Position numbers and translations under genes: made by a program
Notes under the pieces: generated by a model
What the model saw: the letters and a program-made list of their open reading frames with translations, nothing else
Database searches by the model: none
Told to the model about the DNA's origin: nothing
Origin: Gammaproteobacteria bacterium
GTDB lineage: Bacteria > Pseudomonadota > Gammaproteobacteria > GCA-001735895
Assembly (NCBI GenBank): GCA_050298595.1
Contig: JBNKUM010000085.1
Location: 83,971 to 147,970 of the forward strand
Direction: 5' to 3'
DNA: 64,000 nt
Shown: positions 10,496 through 22,268 of the stretch, one piece after another
Numbering within the stretch: the stretch's first letter is position 1
How the letters are laid out: each line of letters opens with the position of its first letter

Positions 10496-11443
10496 ATGAA
10501 ATTAATTCGAGGATTACATAACCTGACCAACCCATTACCGAGCTGCGTAGCCACTATTGGCAATTTTGACGGGCTGCATCTGGGGCATCAGCATGTCATA
10601 AACCAGCTTAAAACAGTCGCTGAAATCAAGAACCTGCCGACCGTAGTGGTGGTGTTTGAACCACAACCGGTTGAGTTTTTTGCCCCTGAGCAGGCACCCT
10701 TGCGCCTGGCGCGTTTCCGCGACAAAATCATCCGCATGGGAGACATGGGTATAGACTACATGATCTGCCTGCATTTCAATCAGCAACTGGCTAATCTGAG
10801 CGCTGAACAATTCGTCAGCGATATTCTGGTAAAGCGGATGAATATCCGACACCTGGTGATTGGCGATGATTTTCGTTTCGGCAAGGATCGTAGCGGTGAC
10901 TTTAATTATCTGCGTGAACGCGGTCATCAGCATCACTATGAAGTAGAAAATACACACACGCTTCTTATGGATGGTGAGCGTGTCAGCAGCACCCGCATTC
11001 GAGAATGCCTTGCAAAAGACGATATGTTATGTGCTCGCCAGTTACTGGGGCGTCCCTACACCTTATCGGGCAAGGTCGCGCATGGGAAACAGCTCGGACG
11101 GCAACTGGGATTTCCAACCATTAATATAAAAACCGGCAATCGCCCTATCGCCGTGCATGGAATATTTGCGGTCTTGGTCAAAGGGTTGGATAATCGCATA
11201 CTGCGTGGCGTGGCCAGCATAGGCACACGCCCCACAGTAAATGGTGTAGGAACCATTCTGGAAGTTCACATCCTGAATTTTTCCGAACAGATATACGGTC
11301 GTAGTGTGGATATTGAAATACTGCATAAACTACGCAACGAACAGAAATTCGATTCATTAAATGCCCTGACGGTTCAAATCAATCAGGACATCAATGAAGC
11401 AAAAACCTTTTTTGAAGATAACGAGATACTGGAAACAAAGTGA
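10496..11443 (+). CDS. ribF: Bifunctional riboflavin kinase / FMN adenylyltransferase
   Basis: [15 protein letters not shown]... nucleotidyltransferase motif and C-terminal riboflavin-kinase domain. Precedes ileS. Confidence 0.9.
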   Translation: MKLIRGLHNLTNPLPSCVATIGNFDGLHLGHQHVINQLKTVAEIKNLPTVVVVFEPQPVEFFAPEQAPLRLARFRDKIIRMGDMGIDYMICLHFNQQLANLSAEQFVSDILVKRMNIRHLVIGDDFRFGKDRSGDFNYLRERGHQHHYEVENTHTLLMDGERVSSTRIRECLAKDDMLCARQLLGRPYTLSGKVAHGKQLGRQLGFPTINIKTGNRPIAVHGIFAVLVKGLDNRILRGVASIGTRPTVNGVGTILEVHILNFSEQIYGRSVDIEILHKLRNEQKFDSLNALTVQINQDINEAKTFFEDNEILETK

Positions 11444-14280
11444 CTGATTACAAATCGACCCTGAATCTGCCCGATACCGGCTTCCCCATGCGTGGGAACT
11501 TGGCCAAGAATGAACCCGCGCGGTTGAAAAACTGGCAGGATAAAGGCCTGTATCAGCGAATTAGGGAATCTCGTAAAGGGCAAACGCCCTTTATACTGCA
11601 CGATGGCCCCCCTTACGCGAATGGTGATATCCATATCGGGCATGCAGTCAACAAGATCCTAAAGGATATGATCGTTAAGGCGCGCACGCTAAATGGTAAC
11701 GATGCACCCTATGTACCCGGTTGGGATTGCCACGGTCTGCCCATCGAACACGCAGTAGAAAAAGAAATCGGTAAGGCTGGTATTGCAGTCGAGCCCGATC
11801 AATTCCGTCAGGCCTGCCGTGACTTTGCTAAAAAGCAGATTGAAAAGCAGAAAACCGATTTCATCCGCCTGGGCATTCTGGGCGACTGGGATAACCCCTA
11901 CCTGACCATGAACTTCGCCACCGAAGCCAACATTATCCGTTCGTTGGGCAAAATCATCGAAAACGGACATCTGCACAAGGGTGAAAAACCCGTGCACTGG
12001 TGTACCGATTGTGGATCTGCACTGGCTGAGGCCGAAGTAGACTATAAGGATAAAACCTCATGCGCCATCGACGTTAAGTTTCTGGTAGAAGATGAGAAAG
12101 CTTTTATTGAATGTTTTCATAACGTGCCCGACTATCATGGTGAAGGCCCACTATCTGTAGTCATCTGGACCACTACACCCTGGACCCTGCCTGCTAATCT
12201 TGCGGTTTCCTTACACCCTGATTTTGAATACGTAATTGTCGAAGTCACTACGGAAGAAGGCAAACAGCGACTGGTACTGGCTGAAGATCTGCTTAAAGAC
12301 TGTATGGCTCGATATGCCATTGAAGACTATAAAGTCATCGCTTACGGCACCGGTAGTGCGCTGGAAAACCAGACCCTGAAACACCCATTCTATGATCGTG
12401 AATCCTTAATCATTATTGGTGATCATGTCACGCTGGAAGCCGGTACTGGAGCCGTACACACAGCCCCTGGTCATGGTCAGGATGACTTTATCATAGGCCA
12501 GAAATATGGCCTGGAGCCCTATAACCCAGTGGGTGATAATGGCTGTTTTCTACCCAATACCGAACTCTTCGCCGGAGAGCATGTATTCAATGCCAACGAT
12601 CATGTGGTTGAGGTATTGCAGGAGCATAACGCACTGATGCATACGGAAAAACTTCTGCATAGCTACCCTCACTGCTGGCGTCATAAAACCCCTATCATCT
12701 TCCGTGCTACCCCGCAGTGGTTTATCAGTATGGAGAAAGAAGGTCTGCGTCAGACCGCTCTTGATGAAATCAAGAATGTACAGTGGATTCCTGACTGGGG
12801 TCAGGCACGTATCACCGGTATGATCGCCAACCGTCCTGACTGGTGTATCTCGCGTCAGCGTTTCTGGGGTGTGCCCATTCCCTTATTTATTCATAAACAG
12901 ACCCAGCAGTTGCATCCAGACACTTCAGCGTTGATTGAAAAGGTCGCGTTACAGATGGAACAGAAAGGTATTGCTGCCTGGTTTGATCTAGATACTACTG
13001 AACTACTGGGCGAGGATGAAGAGAACTACAGCAAGACTACCGATACACTGGATGTATGGTTTGACTCGGGTAGCACTCATTTCAGTGTCATGCATAACGA
13101 TGACCGTTTTCACTTCCCTGCTGACATGTATCTGGAAGGTTCCGACCAGCACCGTGGCTGGTTCCATAGCTCACTGCTCACCTCCTGCGCAATGAATGGA
13201 GTCGCACCATACAAGCAGGTGCTGACACATGGCTTTACCGTTGATGCCAAAGGCATGAAGATGTCCAAGTCGGTGGGTAACGTGGTCGCGCCACAGAAAG
13301 TCTTCAACTCGCTGGGGGCCGATATCCTGCGCCTCTGGGTTGCCTCTACCGATTATTCCGGTGAGATGAGCATCTCGGATGAAATCCTCAAACGCACCTC
13401 CGATTCCTATCGCCGTATCCGCAACACCCTGCGCTTTCTGCTGGCCAACATGAATGGTTTTGAACCCACACAGCACATGGTAGATAAGGACCAGCTATTG
13501 TCACTGGATCACTGGGTGGTGGCACAGACTCTGCAACTGCAGGATGAACTCAGGCAATTGTTTGATAGTTACCAATTTCATATAGCGATGCAGAAGATCA
13601 CCTTCTTCTGCTCTGAAACTCTTAGTGGTTTCTATCTGGATGTCATCAAGGATCGGCAGTACACAACACAGGCAGACTCACTGCCGCGTCGATCCTGCCA
13701 GAGCGCCATGTACCATGTTGCGGAAGCGATGACACGCTGGATTGCGCCCATCCTGAGTTTTACTGCCGATGAGGTCTGGGAAAACCTGCCCGGCGAGCAT
13801 GCTGAACTGGGCGTGTTTACCGCCACCTGGTATGAAGGTCTATTCGACTTCCAGGATTCCGAACTGGGCGATGAAGTTTGGACTCAGCTATTGGCTATTC
13901 GCGAACAGAATACTTTAGTGCTGGAAAAGCTACGTCAGGATGGAAAGATTGGTTCGTCACTGGATGCGGAAGTGACCATTTACTGCGACGATGGCCTCTT
14001 GCGCTCGTTGGAGATGCTAAGCGAAGAGCTGCGCTTTATCCTCATTACATCAGAAGCCACCCTTGCCAAGCTTGAAGAGGCACCAAATGACGTCGTCATG
14101 GTTTCATTGCAAGGTGACAGCCATGAGTTCGCGATACAGGCTACCCCCAGTGAGCATGCCAAATGCGTGCGTTGCTGGCACCATCGCCCAGAAGTCGGCA
14201 GCATTAAAAAGCACCCAGAACTATGCGGTCGCTGTGTAGACAATGTCGACGGTGAGGGTGAAACACGCCAGTATGCTTAA
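11440..14280 (+). CDS. ileS: Isoleucyl-tRNA synthetase
   Basis: HIGH motif ([12 protein letters not shown]), KMSKS motif, C-terminal Zn-finger cysteines. GTG start overlapping the ribF stop. Confidence 0.95.
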   Translation: MTDYKSTLNLPDTGFPMRGNLAKNEPARLKNWQDKGLYQRIRESRKGQTPFILHDGPPYANGDIHIGHAVNKILKDMIVKARTLNGNDAPYVPGWDCHGLPIEHAVEKEIGKAGIAVEPDQFRQACRDFAKKQIEKQKTDFIRLGILGDWDNPYLTMNFATEANIIRSLGKIIENGHLHKGEKPVHWCTDCGSALAEAEVDYKDKTSCAIDVKFLVEDEKAFIECFHNVPDYHGEGPLSVVIWTTTPWTLPANLAVSLHPDFEYVIVEVTTEEGKQRLVLAEDLLKDCMARYAIEDYKVIAYGTGSALENQTLKHPFYDRESLIIIGDHVTLEAGTGAVHTAPGHGQDDFIIGQKYGLEPYNPVGDNGCFLPNTELFAGEHVFNANDHVVEVLQEHNALMHTEKLLHSYPHCWRHKTPIIFRATPQWFISMEKEGLRQTALDEIKNVQWIPDWGQARITGMIANRPDWCISRQRFWGVPIPLFIHKQTQQLHPDTSALIEKVALQMEQKGIAAWFDLDTTELLGEDEENYSKTTDTLDVWFDSGSTHFSVMHNDDRFHFPADMYLEGSDQHRGWFHSSLLTSCAMNGVAPYKQVLTHGFTVDAKGMKMSKSVGNVVAPQKVFNSLGADILRLWVASTDYSGEMSISDEILKRTSDSYRRIRNTLRFLLANMNGFEPTQHMVDKDQLLSLDHWVVAQTLQLQDELRQLFDSYQFHIAMQKITFFCSETLSGFYLDVIKDRQYTTQADSLPRRSCQSAMYHVAEAMTRWIAPILSFTADEVWENLPGEHAELGVFTATWYEGLFDFQDSELGDEVWTQLLAIREQNTLVLEKLRQDGKIGSSLDAEVTIYCDDGLLRSLEMLSEELRFILITSEATLAKLEEAPNDVVMVSLQGDSHEFAIQATPSEHAKCVRCWHHRPEVGSIKKHPELCGRCVDNVDGEGETRQYA

Positions 14281-14761
14281 GTATCTATGGATCAGTGTGC
14301 TGGTCATTATTGCAGACCAGCTCACAAAATGGCTGGCTAACACCCAACTTGAATACCACCAGGCCGTCACTGTGCTACCTTATTTCGAGTGGTTTCTATC
14401 CTACAACCCTGGCGCTGCTTTCAGCTTTCTGTCCGATGCGGGCGGCTGGCAGCGCTGGTTTTTTACTGTGCTAGCTATAGTCATCAGCATCGCACTGTTT
14501 GTGTGGATCAAAAAGCTAAGCAACAACGAAAAGCTTACCGCTATTGCCTTAACACTGATATTGGGTGGCGCTATAGGCAACTTAATCGATCGTGTTCTTT
14601 ACGGCTATGTCATCGATTTCATTCAGGTATGGCTAGGCAGTTATGCCTGGCCGGCTTTTAATATCGCCGACTCAGCTATCTCAGTCGGTGCAGTGGTACT
14701 GCTGACAGCAGGCATACTTAGCCCCTATCTGGATAATACCGATGAAAAAAATCACGCCTGA
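14273..14761 (+). CDS. lspA: Lipoprotein signal peptidase II
   Basis: Membrane protein with LspA motifs ([15 protein letters not shown]). Start chosen at MLKYLW overlapping the ileS stop. Confidence 0.85.
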   Translation: MLKYLWISVLVIIADQLTKWLANTQLEYHQAVTVLPYFEWFLSYNPGAAFSFLSDAGGWQRWFFTVLAIVISIALFVWIKKLSNNEKLTAIALTLILGGAIGNLIDRVLYGYVIDFIQVWLGSYAWPAFNIADSAISVGAVVLLTAGILSPYLDNTDEKNHA

Positions 14762-15194
14762 TAGTATCGTCACCCTGCACTATCAGCTTGGTTATACAGA
14801 CGGTAGCCTGCTGGAAGACACCTTCGATCAGGAGCCCATGACATTTCGACTGGGCACTGGCGAATTAGCAGAAGGACTGGAACTGTCTTTAATGGACTTA
14901 TGTGAAGGTGAAGAACAGACCCTGGACATCGGCCCCGATCTTGCGTTTGGATATACCGATCAGGCAATGATCCAGCAGTTGCAAAGGGATGAGTTTGCCG
15001 AAGATTTTGAGCTGGAAGCAGGCTTGATTATAGAGTTCAGCACCCCTGGCGGCGAGACCATTCCCGGCACAATTCTTGAGTTTGATGATAAAAAGGTAAA
15101 GGTCGACTTCAATCATCCTCTGGCCGGGCATGTGGTTAGATACCGGGTCAAGATCGTGCAGATTGAAACCCCCTCCATGGAAACCATTAACTGA
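14742..15194 (+). CDS. fkpB: FKBP-type peptidyl-prolyl cis-trans isomerase (SlpA/FkpB)
   Basis: [28 protein letters not shown]... FKBP domain. Conserved position between lspA and ispH. Confidence 0.8.
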   Translation: MKKITPDSIVTLHYQLGYTDGSLLEDTFDQEPMTFRLGTGELAEGLELSLMDLCEGEEQTLDIGPDLAFGYTDQAMIQQLQRDEFAEDFELEAGLIIEFSTPGGETIPGTILEFDDKKVKVDFNHPLAGHVVRYRVKIVQIETPSMETIN

Positions 15195-16129
15195 TGCAAA
15201 TCCTGCTCGCTAATCCGCGTGGATTTTGTGCCGGAGTGGATCGAGCAATCGATATCGTCGAGCGAGCACTCGAATTATTCGGCGCACCTATCTATGTACG
15301 TCATGAAGTCGTGCATAACCGCTATGTAGTTGACGACCTGAAAAACAAAGGTGCCATATTCGTTGATGAATTGGATCAAATCCCCGATGATCAATATGTC
15401 ATCTTCAGCGCGCACGGGGTTTCCCGCGCGGTACAGGATCAGGCCAGACAACGTGGCCTCAAGGTATTTGATGCCACCTGCCCACTGGTAACCAAGGTTC
15501 ACCTTGAGGTATCTCGATATAGTCTGCAAGGTATAGAAACTATTCTTATAGGTCATAAAGGACATCCTGAGGTTGAAGGCACCATGGGACAATACGATCA
15601 TAGTCACCGGGGAAACATCTATCTGGTAGAGTCCGTTGAGGACGTATCCCAGCTAAAGATTAACAACCCGCAACAGCTCAGGTTTGTCACTCAGACCACG
15701 CTCTCTATGGACGATACAAGCAGAGTGATAGATGCATTACACAAAAATTTTCCGTCCATTAAGGGACCGAAGAAAGACGATATCTGTTATGCCACTCAGA
15801 ATCGTCAGGATGCCGTTAAAAAGCTAACCGAAGACTGTGATTTAATCCTGGTCGTTGGTTCACGCAATAGCTCTAACTCAAACCGCCTGCGTGAAATCGC
15901 GCAAAACCACCAGATTGATGGCTACCTGATTGACGGCGCTGAAGACATAAACCCCGAGTGGCTTAGCGGTAAAAAACGCATTGGTGTAACCGCTGGCGCA
16001 TCAGCGCCTGAATTACTGGTTAAAGGTGTTATCGATTTTCTATGCGGACTGGAACAATTTGAAGTGAAGTCACTGGGGTTCACCGAGAATGTTACTTTTC
16101 AATTACCAAAAGAATTACGCAGAGACTAA
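15194..16129 (+). CDS. ispH: 4-hydroxy-3-methylbut-2-enyl diphosphate reductase
   Basis: [19 protein letters not shown]... canonical IspH/LytB. Confidence 0.9.
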   Translation: MQILLANPRGFCAGVDRAIDIVERALELFGAPIYVRHEVVHNRYVVDDLKNKGAIFVDELDQIPDDQYVIFSAHGVSRAVQDQARQRGLKVFDATCPLVTKVHLEVSRYSLQGIETILIGHKGHPEVEGTMGQYDHSHRGNIYLVESVEDVSQLKINNPQQLRFVTQTTLSMDDTSRVIDALHKNFPSIKGPKKDDICYATQNRQDAVKKLTEDCDLILVVGSRNSSNSNRLREIAQNHQIDGYLIDGAEDINPEWLSGKKRIGVTAGASAPELLVKGVIDFLCGLEQFEVKSLGFTENVTFQLPKELRRD

Positions 16130-16179
16130 GCTCAACCTGCTCATTTTGACTCATCAAGAGTAATTTCAAAGCACGATAA

Positions 16180-18117
16180 TCACCCGCCCGATATCTGCCC
16201 CATAGCCTCCACGCAAGCACTCAGTACCTGAGGGAAAGGCTGATCAGACAATGCGCCGAAGTCGGGGTGTTTCAACGACCCGGCTCTCGACAGACGGGGG
16301 CTGGTGATACCACATAGAAAGCGTGCCAGTTGACGTGGTCGCTCGATCACTTCGGGACATCGCCGATAGTACCCAGCGAAGCTGCGGCTATCCACGTCCT
16401 GGTATTCCGATGTAGGCAACTGCGAGGCCGCTTTTCCACGGCAATGACTGCAATGTCCGCAAGCCTGTGGCCGTTGTTCACCGAAATACGCCATTAGCGC
16501 ATTACTATAACAGCTGTCACTTTCAACCCATCGACAGACTTCCTGCAACCGGTCGATTTCGCGTTGCTCACGTCGAGCGAAGAGTTTGAACATTTTTTCA
16601 CACAAGGCATCGTTGTCAATATTGCTGTCCATACGACGATATCCCTGGCGTACACCGCTTAGTGATAACTCGATCAATCCTTTTTCTTCCAGATAGTTTA
16701 GCGCCTTAACGATGCGCAGCCGTTCTTCTCCGAGAGCTTCGGCAACTTCCCTAGGTTTGACTGTCAGCCACTTTCTCCCTTTTTTACCAGCAGCGAACAC
16801 AGTCCGTAAAAAATCACTGCGGTTCTGATCGAAATGAGAAAAGATCGTTTCGGCTGGTTCGAGAAACTGGATTTTGTAGTCAGTGTAGAACACCGCCGTA
16901 GCCTGGATAATGCCATCCAGTTCGAGATAGGTCAGCAGAGTGGTAATGACCAACGGACGCATGTCGTATTGATAAGATAGCTCGTAGGCAGCCAGATCGA
17001 AGTCACCTGCCAGAGTCATTATCCATTCAATACACTGGCTAAGCGATTCGCGCTCGGGAGTATCGCCGTAAACGAAATTCTGCAGCACCGTCAAATCATC
17101 TCCCGAGGGGATTAGCGTACATTGCGCGGATTGGCCGTCGCGCCCGGCACGACCGATTTCCTGCATGTAGTTTTCCAGCGATTTGGGCAGGTTGTAATGT
17201 ACAATAGCGCGGATATTGGCTTTGTCGATACCCATGCCGAAGGCGATAGTGGCAACAACAATATCAACCTCTCCACGCATGAAGGCTTCCTGGATGGCAT
17301 GACGTACATCATCCTTCAGCCCGGCATGATAAGGCTGGGCTCGCAAGCCTGTTGTGCTCAACCGCTCTGCCACCTGCTCTGCGGTCTTCTGTAATGTGAC
17401 ATACACGATGCTCGGTTCCGCCCCGTGTTTCTGCTGGTGTCCGTTGAGCAGATTTTCGAGGTATTCATCGCGCTGTTCGATGGATTGTGGTGCGATATCG
17501 AGGTCGAGATTGGGGCGGTAAAACCCGGTATGCATCCTGTCCTGCGCCTGAATGTCGAACTGTCGGCAGATATCGTCTGCCACCTCCGGTGTTGCTGTAG
17601 CGGTCAGAGCCAGCACACGTCCGACCCCCAGACTGCGGGAGAGAGGGGCCAGTTTCAGGTAATCAGGGCGAAAGTTATGCCCCCACTCTGAAATGCAGTG
17701 GGCCTCGTCTATAGCCATCATGGCAATTGGCAACTGTGACAACTGGATGATAAAGCGTTCGTTCTTGAAACGCTCCGGAGAAACGTATAGCAGCTTGAGT
17801 TGCCCGTCATGCAGTTGCCGCATGATATCCTGGGTTTGCGCAGGGTTCAGTGAAGAGTCAAGGCGTGCAGCAGGCAAGTGAAGCGCCTGCAACTGATCGA
17901 TCTGGTCTTTCATCAAGGCGATCAATGGAGAGACGACCAGTGTTACCCCCCCCATCAACAACGCTGGTAATTGATAACACAGACTCTTGCCGCCACCAGT
18001 CGGAAAAATTGCCAGGGCCGAACGCCCTTCCAGCAAACTCTGGATGACCTGCTTCTGGCCAGGCCGAAACTCCTTGAAGCCAAAATGCCTGTCTAAGCTT
18101 TGTTCTAGAATATCCAT
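16180..18117 (-). CDS. RecQ-family ATP-dependent DNA helicase (non-canonical C-terminus)
   Basis: FRPGQKQVI...PTGGGKSLCYQLPAL... DEAH (AIDEAHCISEWGHNFRP). Cys cluster CRWVESDSC...CGHCSHC. Start reassigned to MDILEQ (ATG 18117, SD AGGAGAGG); the ORF-track N-terminal extension is not helicase-like. Confidence 0.8.
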   Translation of the reverse strand: MDILEQSLDRHFGFKEFRPGQKQVIQSLLEGRSALAIFPTGGGKSLCYQLPALLMGGVTLVVSPLIALMKDQIDQLQALHLPAARLDSSLNPAQTQDIMRQLHDGQLKLLYVSPERFKNERFIIQLSQLPIAMMAIDEAHCISEWGHNFRPDYLKLAPLSRSLGVGRVLALTATATPEVADDICRQFDIQAQDRMHTGFYRPNLDLDIAPQSIEQRDEYLENLLNGHQQKHGAEPSIVYVTLQKTAEQVAERLSTTGLRAQPYHAGLKDDVRHAIQEAFMRGEVDIVVATIAFGMGIDKANIRAIVHYNLPKSLENYMQEIGRAGRDGQSAQCTLIPSGDDLTVLQNFVYGDTPERESLSQCIEWIMTLAGDFDLAAYELSYQYDMRPLVITTLLTYLELDGIIQATAVFYTDYKIQFLEPAETIFSHFDQNRSDFLRTVFAAGKKGRKWLTVKPREVAEALGEERLRIVKALNYLEEKGLIELSLSGVRQGYRRMDSNIDNDALCEKMFKLFARREQREIDRLQEVCRWVESDSCYSNALMAYFGEQRPQACGHCSHCRGKAASQLPTSEYQDVDSRSFAGYYRRCPEVIERPRQLARFLCGITSPRLSRAGSLKHPDFGALSDQPFPQVLSACVEAMGQISGG

Positions 18118-18133
18118 ATTCCTCTCCTGTTCG

Positions 18134-20049
18134 TTACTGTGTATCAGATAGCGCCAGCAGGCCTGCCATGCTTTGCGCCAGCTTATCGAGTGCCTCTTTT
18201 TCCCTGAATTTGACGGTGAGCTGGTAGCCGCCCTGATCATCAGGCACGATACAGTCCTCCAGGCTTTTTCTGAGCTTTGCGGTAAGTTCGCCAGGCTCCT
18301 GCGCTGGTTGGGGCAGCAGTTCATTCATAAACTCGAATACAGCGCTTAGCATCTGACCGCCAGCCTCCGCGACGCGCTGCTGGCGTTCGAGTTGCTGTCC
18401 AGTTTCTCGTAGAGCGGATGCATCCACCGGGGCTTCAGGCACGGCCCCGAGCAGAATTTCCAGGCGCTGATTCAATTCGTCAAGACCGGAAGACAGATCC
18501 ACCTGATCGATATCGGTATCTGGGTCGAGTGACGCTAGCGCCAACTGGTGTTTGGCGGAGAGTGTGCCCAGCATGCTCTCCTCAATGGTGCCTTCGGTGA
18601 CCAGTATAAAGACCTGTACCGGGCGCTTCTGACCCATGCGGTCGGCACGCGCGATACGCTGTTCCAGCACAGCAGGGTTCCATGGCAGGTCGACATTGAT
18701 GATGGTATTGGCCGCTTGCAGATTAAGACCGGTAGCAACGGCATTGCTGGCCATAAAAACCTGACAGCGCGCACCGGTCTGAAACTGGTTCACAAGTTGC
18801 TGGCGTTGCTTCTGCGGCACGGAGCCATCCAGACGCACGAACCCCAGCCCTGCCTCCCTCACAAGCGGTTCAATCAGATCCAGCATGGTGGTCCATTCGG
18901 AAAACAGTACGATCTTGCGTTCGTCCTCAGCGCCCAGGGTCATCAACAGATTACGTAATTCGTCCAGCTTGCTGGAATAGCCGGGTGCCTGTTTGTCGAT
19001 CTGGTAGGTGCTGTCAGCTGCCATGCGGCACATCAGCAGCGCTTTTTGCAGACGCAGTAGATCCATTTCGCTGATATAACGTTTTTGCAGGATGGCACTG
19101 ACCGTGCGTCTATGACCATCGTGCAGCTCGAGTTGCTCTTCGGTCGGTGTAATGCGAATAACTTCATTATGCCGAGGGGGTAATTGCTGCATGACTGAGG
19201 CACGGGTACGACGTAACAAAATCGGTTCGAGGCGTTTGCGTATGGCAGAGAGATTTTTGTACCCGACGACCTTGCCCTTCTCATCCAGTACACGGTGACT
19301 GTTAAAAAAGCGGTAGGCCGGCCCCAGGCGTCTGTCATCGACGAATTCGACCACCGAATACAAATCGTCGAGCCGGTTCTCCAACGGCGTACCCGATAAA
19401 ACCAGGGCAAAGCGAGAATGCAATGACTTGATCGCCTGCGAGGTTTTCGCCTCCCAGTTCTTGATGCGCTGGCCCTCGTCGAGAATGATCAAATCCCATT
19501 GCTGTGCTGAAACCGTACCGATATCGCGCAGGATTTGTACGTAGTTGCACAGCGTGAAAAAGGCACCACTCGTGTATTGCGCGGTGCGTTCCTGCGCAGA
19601 GCCAATGACAATTTGCGCATCACGCTCACAGAATTTGTAGATTTCCTCACGCCACTGAGATTTCAGCGAGGTCGGCATAATGACCAGAACCCGTTGTATC
19701 CCGGCTTCTCGTGCCAGCCATTCAGCCACGCCGATACCCTGGATGGTCTTACCCAGGCCCATATCGTCAGCAAGGATGGCTCCACCTGCACCAACCGCAA
19801 ACGCGATACCGTATCGCTCAGAAACAGCGTCACCGATGCTCGAGCTCCTAGACTCAGGGACAGCTGTTTACTGCCGAAATCCACCTGCTTGTCTATATCG
19901 ATTTCATAAGCGCCGCCGCTACGTAGCAACGCCGCACCATCAGCCCTCAGTCGCTTGATCGCCTGCTGGTAGGTCAATCTGGACAGCCTGTCGCGGAGGG
20001 TTAGATCTGATGTGGCTTTAACTTGCATGGTATTTTTTAAAGCGCTCAT
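18134..20049 (-). pseudogene. SNF2-family helicase interrupted by a frameshift (two overlapping ORFs 19663-20049 and 18134-19762)
   Basis: The frame containing the downstream ORF reads ...YGIAFAVGAGGAILADDMGLGKT (SNF2 motif I) before its first ATG, but hits TAA at 19868-19870. The N-terminal 128 aa ORF is in a different frame. Downstream part has DEGQRIKN, SGTPLEN and helicase-C motifs. Confidence 0.6.
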
Positions 20050-20237
20050 TACGATATTGTTGTATTTTTATTTGCAGCCCAGAATGGGCTGAAGTTTAGC
20101 GAAAATCCGGCTACAGGTATAGCAGGGGGGGTGAGGGAATGCTGTCAAAAAAGAGGTCAGAGAGTCAAATGCAGGGGCTTTGAGTATACCGGCTCGGAGC
20201 AGCATGTGTATCCAATCTCCTAGTAGGATAGCATGCT

Positions 20238-20864
20238 TCACTTTGCAGCTATCAACACCAAATTAAACGCCAGCATGATAAACACCACACTGACCAGGCG
20301 ATTCATCAACCGTCTGCGTGATGGGGAATGTGTCAGCTTTTCACTATACACACCAGCCAGCATAGCAATGCAACCAAACACTAGTAAGGTCGAGACAATA
20401 AACAGAAAACCCAGAAACACGATTTGAAAAGTAACCGGCCAGCCATCCTGACTCACAAACTGAGGCAGGAAGGCAATAAAAAACAGGCCTACCTTGGGGT
20501 TGGTCAGGTTCATGATCACCCCTCTGAGATAAAGTTTTCCGGGGCCAAGTTGAAGCTGTGGTTTCGCAGCGGAATCATCCGGTAATGCTGTCCAGCTTTG
20601 CCAGGCAAGATAGATCAGATAGGCAACCCCCAGCCATTTGATCATCTGAAAAAGTGTCGGAGAGGCTGCAAGTATCGCAGCGACTCCAAGCGCGACCATA
20701 GCGGTGTGTCCCAGTAAACCAGTGCATAAGCCCAGTGTCACCATCACACCGGATCTTTGCCCATAAGCCAGAGATTGCGAAAGTACGAATATGTTATCCG
20801 GGCCTGGCGTCAGCCCAAGCAATATTGACGCGATAAAAAATACGGAGAGTGTTTCAAATGGCAT
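20238..20864 (-). CDS. LysE/RhtB-family amino-acid exporter
   Basis: 208 aa, six TM segments, ...LGLTPGPDNIFVLSQSLAYGQRSG... typical of the RhtB/LysE family. Confidence 0.8.
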   Translation of the reverse strand: MPFETLSVFFIASILLGLTPGPDNIFVLSQSLAYGQRSGVMVTLGLCTGLLGHTAMVALGVAAILAASPTLFQMIKWLGVAYLIYLAWQSWTALPDDSAAKPQLQLGPGKLYLRGVIMNLTNPKVGLFFIAFLPQFVSQDGWPVTFQIVFLGFLFIVSTLLVFGCIAMLAGVYSEKLTHSPSRRRLMNRLVSVVFIMLAFNLVLIAAK

Positions 20865-21168
20865 TAGAATAAACTTGAAATAAATCTCAACAACTATGGT
20901 ATGTCGATTAAGAAAAAGAGCGTTAGTGTAACCAGAAGAAATATAAATGGCAGCATATATCTGGCGTTCCTTTTTTCTGACTCAACCGATACTCAATATC
21001 ATCAACCTGACGATGCATATCCCGCATCACCTTTTTAGCGACTCGTCGGCGCACAATGTGATCAACCACTACCTAAAAACTGCTCTAAAACAAAGCTCAC
21101 TCAGTTCAGTTAACGTTCATCAAGCATCGATAGACTAGTCCCGAACCTAAACTAAACGGGAGTTCAAA

Positions 21169-21504
21169 ATGAAACTACAAACACTAAAAATAGTTAAACT
21201 TTCCGCCCTGGTACTGGTTGCCAGCCTTGCCGCCACTGTACCTGTTAAATCTATGGCACATGACAGCGGCCATATCAATGCTGAAATTCTGATAAATCTT
21301 TCACCATTACTACATACACATCAAGTTCATCAATATGGACACAGCACTTATTACCCGCGTCAAATCGAACGTCATCATAAACACCATAAAGCCAGATACT
21401 ATGATCGCAGATATCACCATGCAAGGCATCATCAGCCAGAACGCATAGTGCGCAGCTATGACCGTTACTCGGATAATAAAATTATCCGCAAGCACTTTAA
21501 ATAA
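21169..21504 (+). CDS. Small secreted His/Arg/Tyr-rich basic protein
   Basis: Signal peptide MKLQTLKIVKLSALVLVASLAATVPVKSMA, then HDSGHIN...HTHQVHQYGHSTYYPRQIERHHKHHKARYYDRRYHHARHHQPER (about 20% His in the mature part). SD-like GGGAG upstream. Confidence 0.5.
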   Translation: MKLQTLKIVKLSALVLVASLAATVPVKSMAHDSGHINAEILINLSPLLHTHQVHQYGHSTYYPRQIERHHKHHKARYYDRRYHHARHHQPERIVRSYDRYSDNKIIRKHFK

Positions 21505-21521
21505 ATCCTGAAGAGGCGCGA

Positions 21522-22268
21522 GTGATGAAGACTTTAAAAATTATACTGCTGTGTCTATTACCTTCGCTGGCATTTGCTGGCACTACAGAAACTGTATCGG
21601 TACGCAGTGTAGGCAAAATGATAACTGACGATAGTATTAATCTTACTCAACAGCTTGAATTAAGCCCAACAATCAGCCTGCAGAAACCATCTTCATCGCA
21701 AGGCACTGATTTATTATCTCTGCGTCAAAGCAACCGAATAACAATCAGTTATTCAGATCCTGTCCAGTTTGACCTGTTCGATGCCTGGGTAGACCTGAGT
21801 GGAGACCTTGATCAGGATGGTTACTATCATAATATCAAGGTCAGCTTTGATGCCGACGTCAATACACAAACCACCGAGGCTGTGTATGCAAAAATCTATC
21901 TCAGTTATCAGGGCGGCCCCTGGTTTCAATTGAGTACAACAGATTTATTCGAAATTTACAGTAACTCCGCTGATGACAGTTTCGAGATACTCAATGAGCT
22001 GGAACAGGGTTTTGAACCTGGTGATTACGAAGTGTTGATAGAATTGCACAGCCTCTACCATAGCGGTATTGTGAGTCAGAGAATTGTGCAACTTGACCGC
22101 TCGGGTTATCTGATCACTCTGGAAGATTTTGATCACGATCAACCTGCTTATACTGTCGAGTATGTCGATAGTTATGGATATGCGGTTTCAGGAAGTTTTT
22201 CTATTACAGGATTATTACTGATAGGTTTGTTAGGCGTGATTAAATTTCGATTTTCAAACAGGCATTAA
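21522..22268 (+). CDS. Secreted acidic protein with C-terminal hydrophobic segment and basic tail (sorting-signal-like)
   Basis: Signal peptide MMKTLKIILLCLLPSLAFAG. Asp-rich repeats (DLSGDLDQDGYYH). C-terminus ...SGSFSITGLLLIGLLGVIKFRFSNRH. Starts 18 nt after the His-rich gene, so probably co-transcribed. Confidence 0.5.
   Translation: MMKTLKIILLCLLPSLAFAGTTETVSVRSVGKMITDDSINLTQQLELSPTISLQKPSSSQGTDLLSLRQSNRITISYSDPVQFDLFDAWVDLSGDLDQDGYYHNIKVSFDADVNTQTTEAVYAKIYLSYQGGPWFQLSTTDLFEIYSNSADDSFEILNELEQGFEPGDYEVLIELHSLYHSGIVSQRIVQLDRSGYLITLEDFDHDQPAYTVEYVDSYGYAVSGSFSITGLLLIGLLGVIKFRFSNRH

Noticed and set aside
16180-18324. Long N-terminal extension of the RecQ-family ORF (MNCCPNQRRSLAN...)
   Set aside because: Extension is not helicase-like and overlaps the stop of the upstream SNF2 gene. 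An internal ATG at 18117 has a strong SD (AGGAGAGG) and begins the conserved helicase N-terminus.
20947-21138. 63-aa ORF upstream of the His-rich gene
   Set aside because: No signal, no homology, AT-rich promoter-like region.
21460-22268. PEP-CTERM or GlyGly-CTERM assignment for the tail of the 248-aa secreted protein
   Set aside because: The tail has the right architecture (small-residue motif, TM, basic end) but no PEP, GG or other named signature. Kept only as a sorting-like observation.
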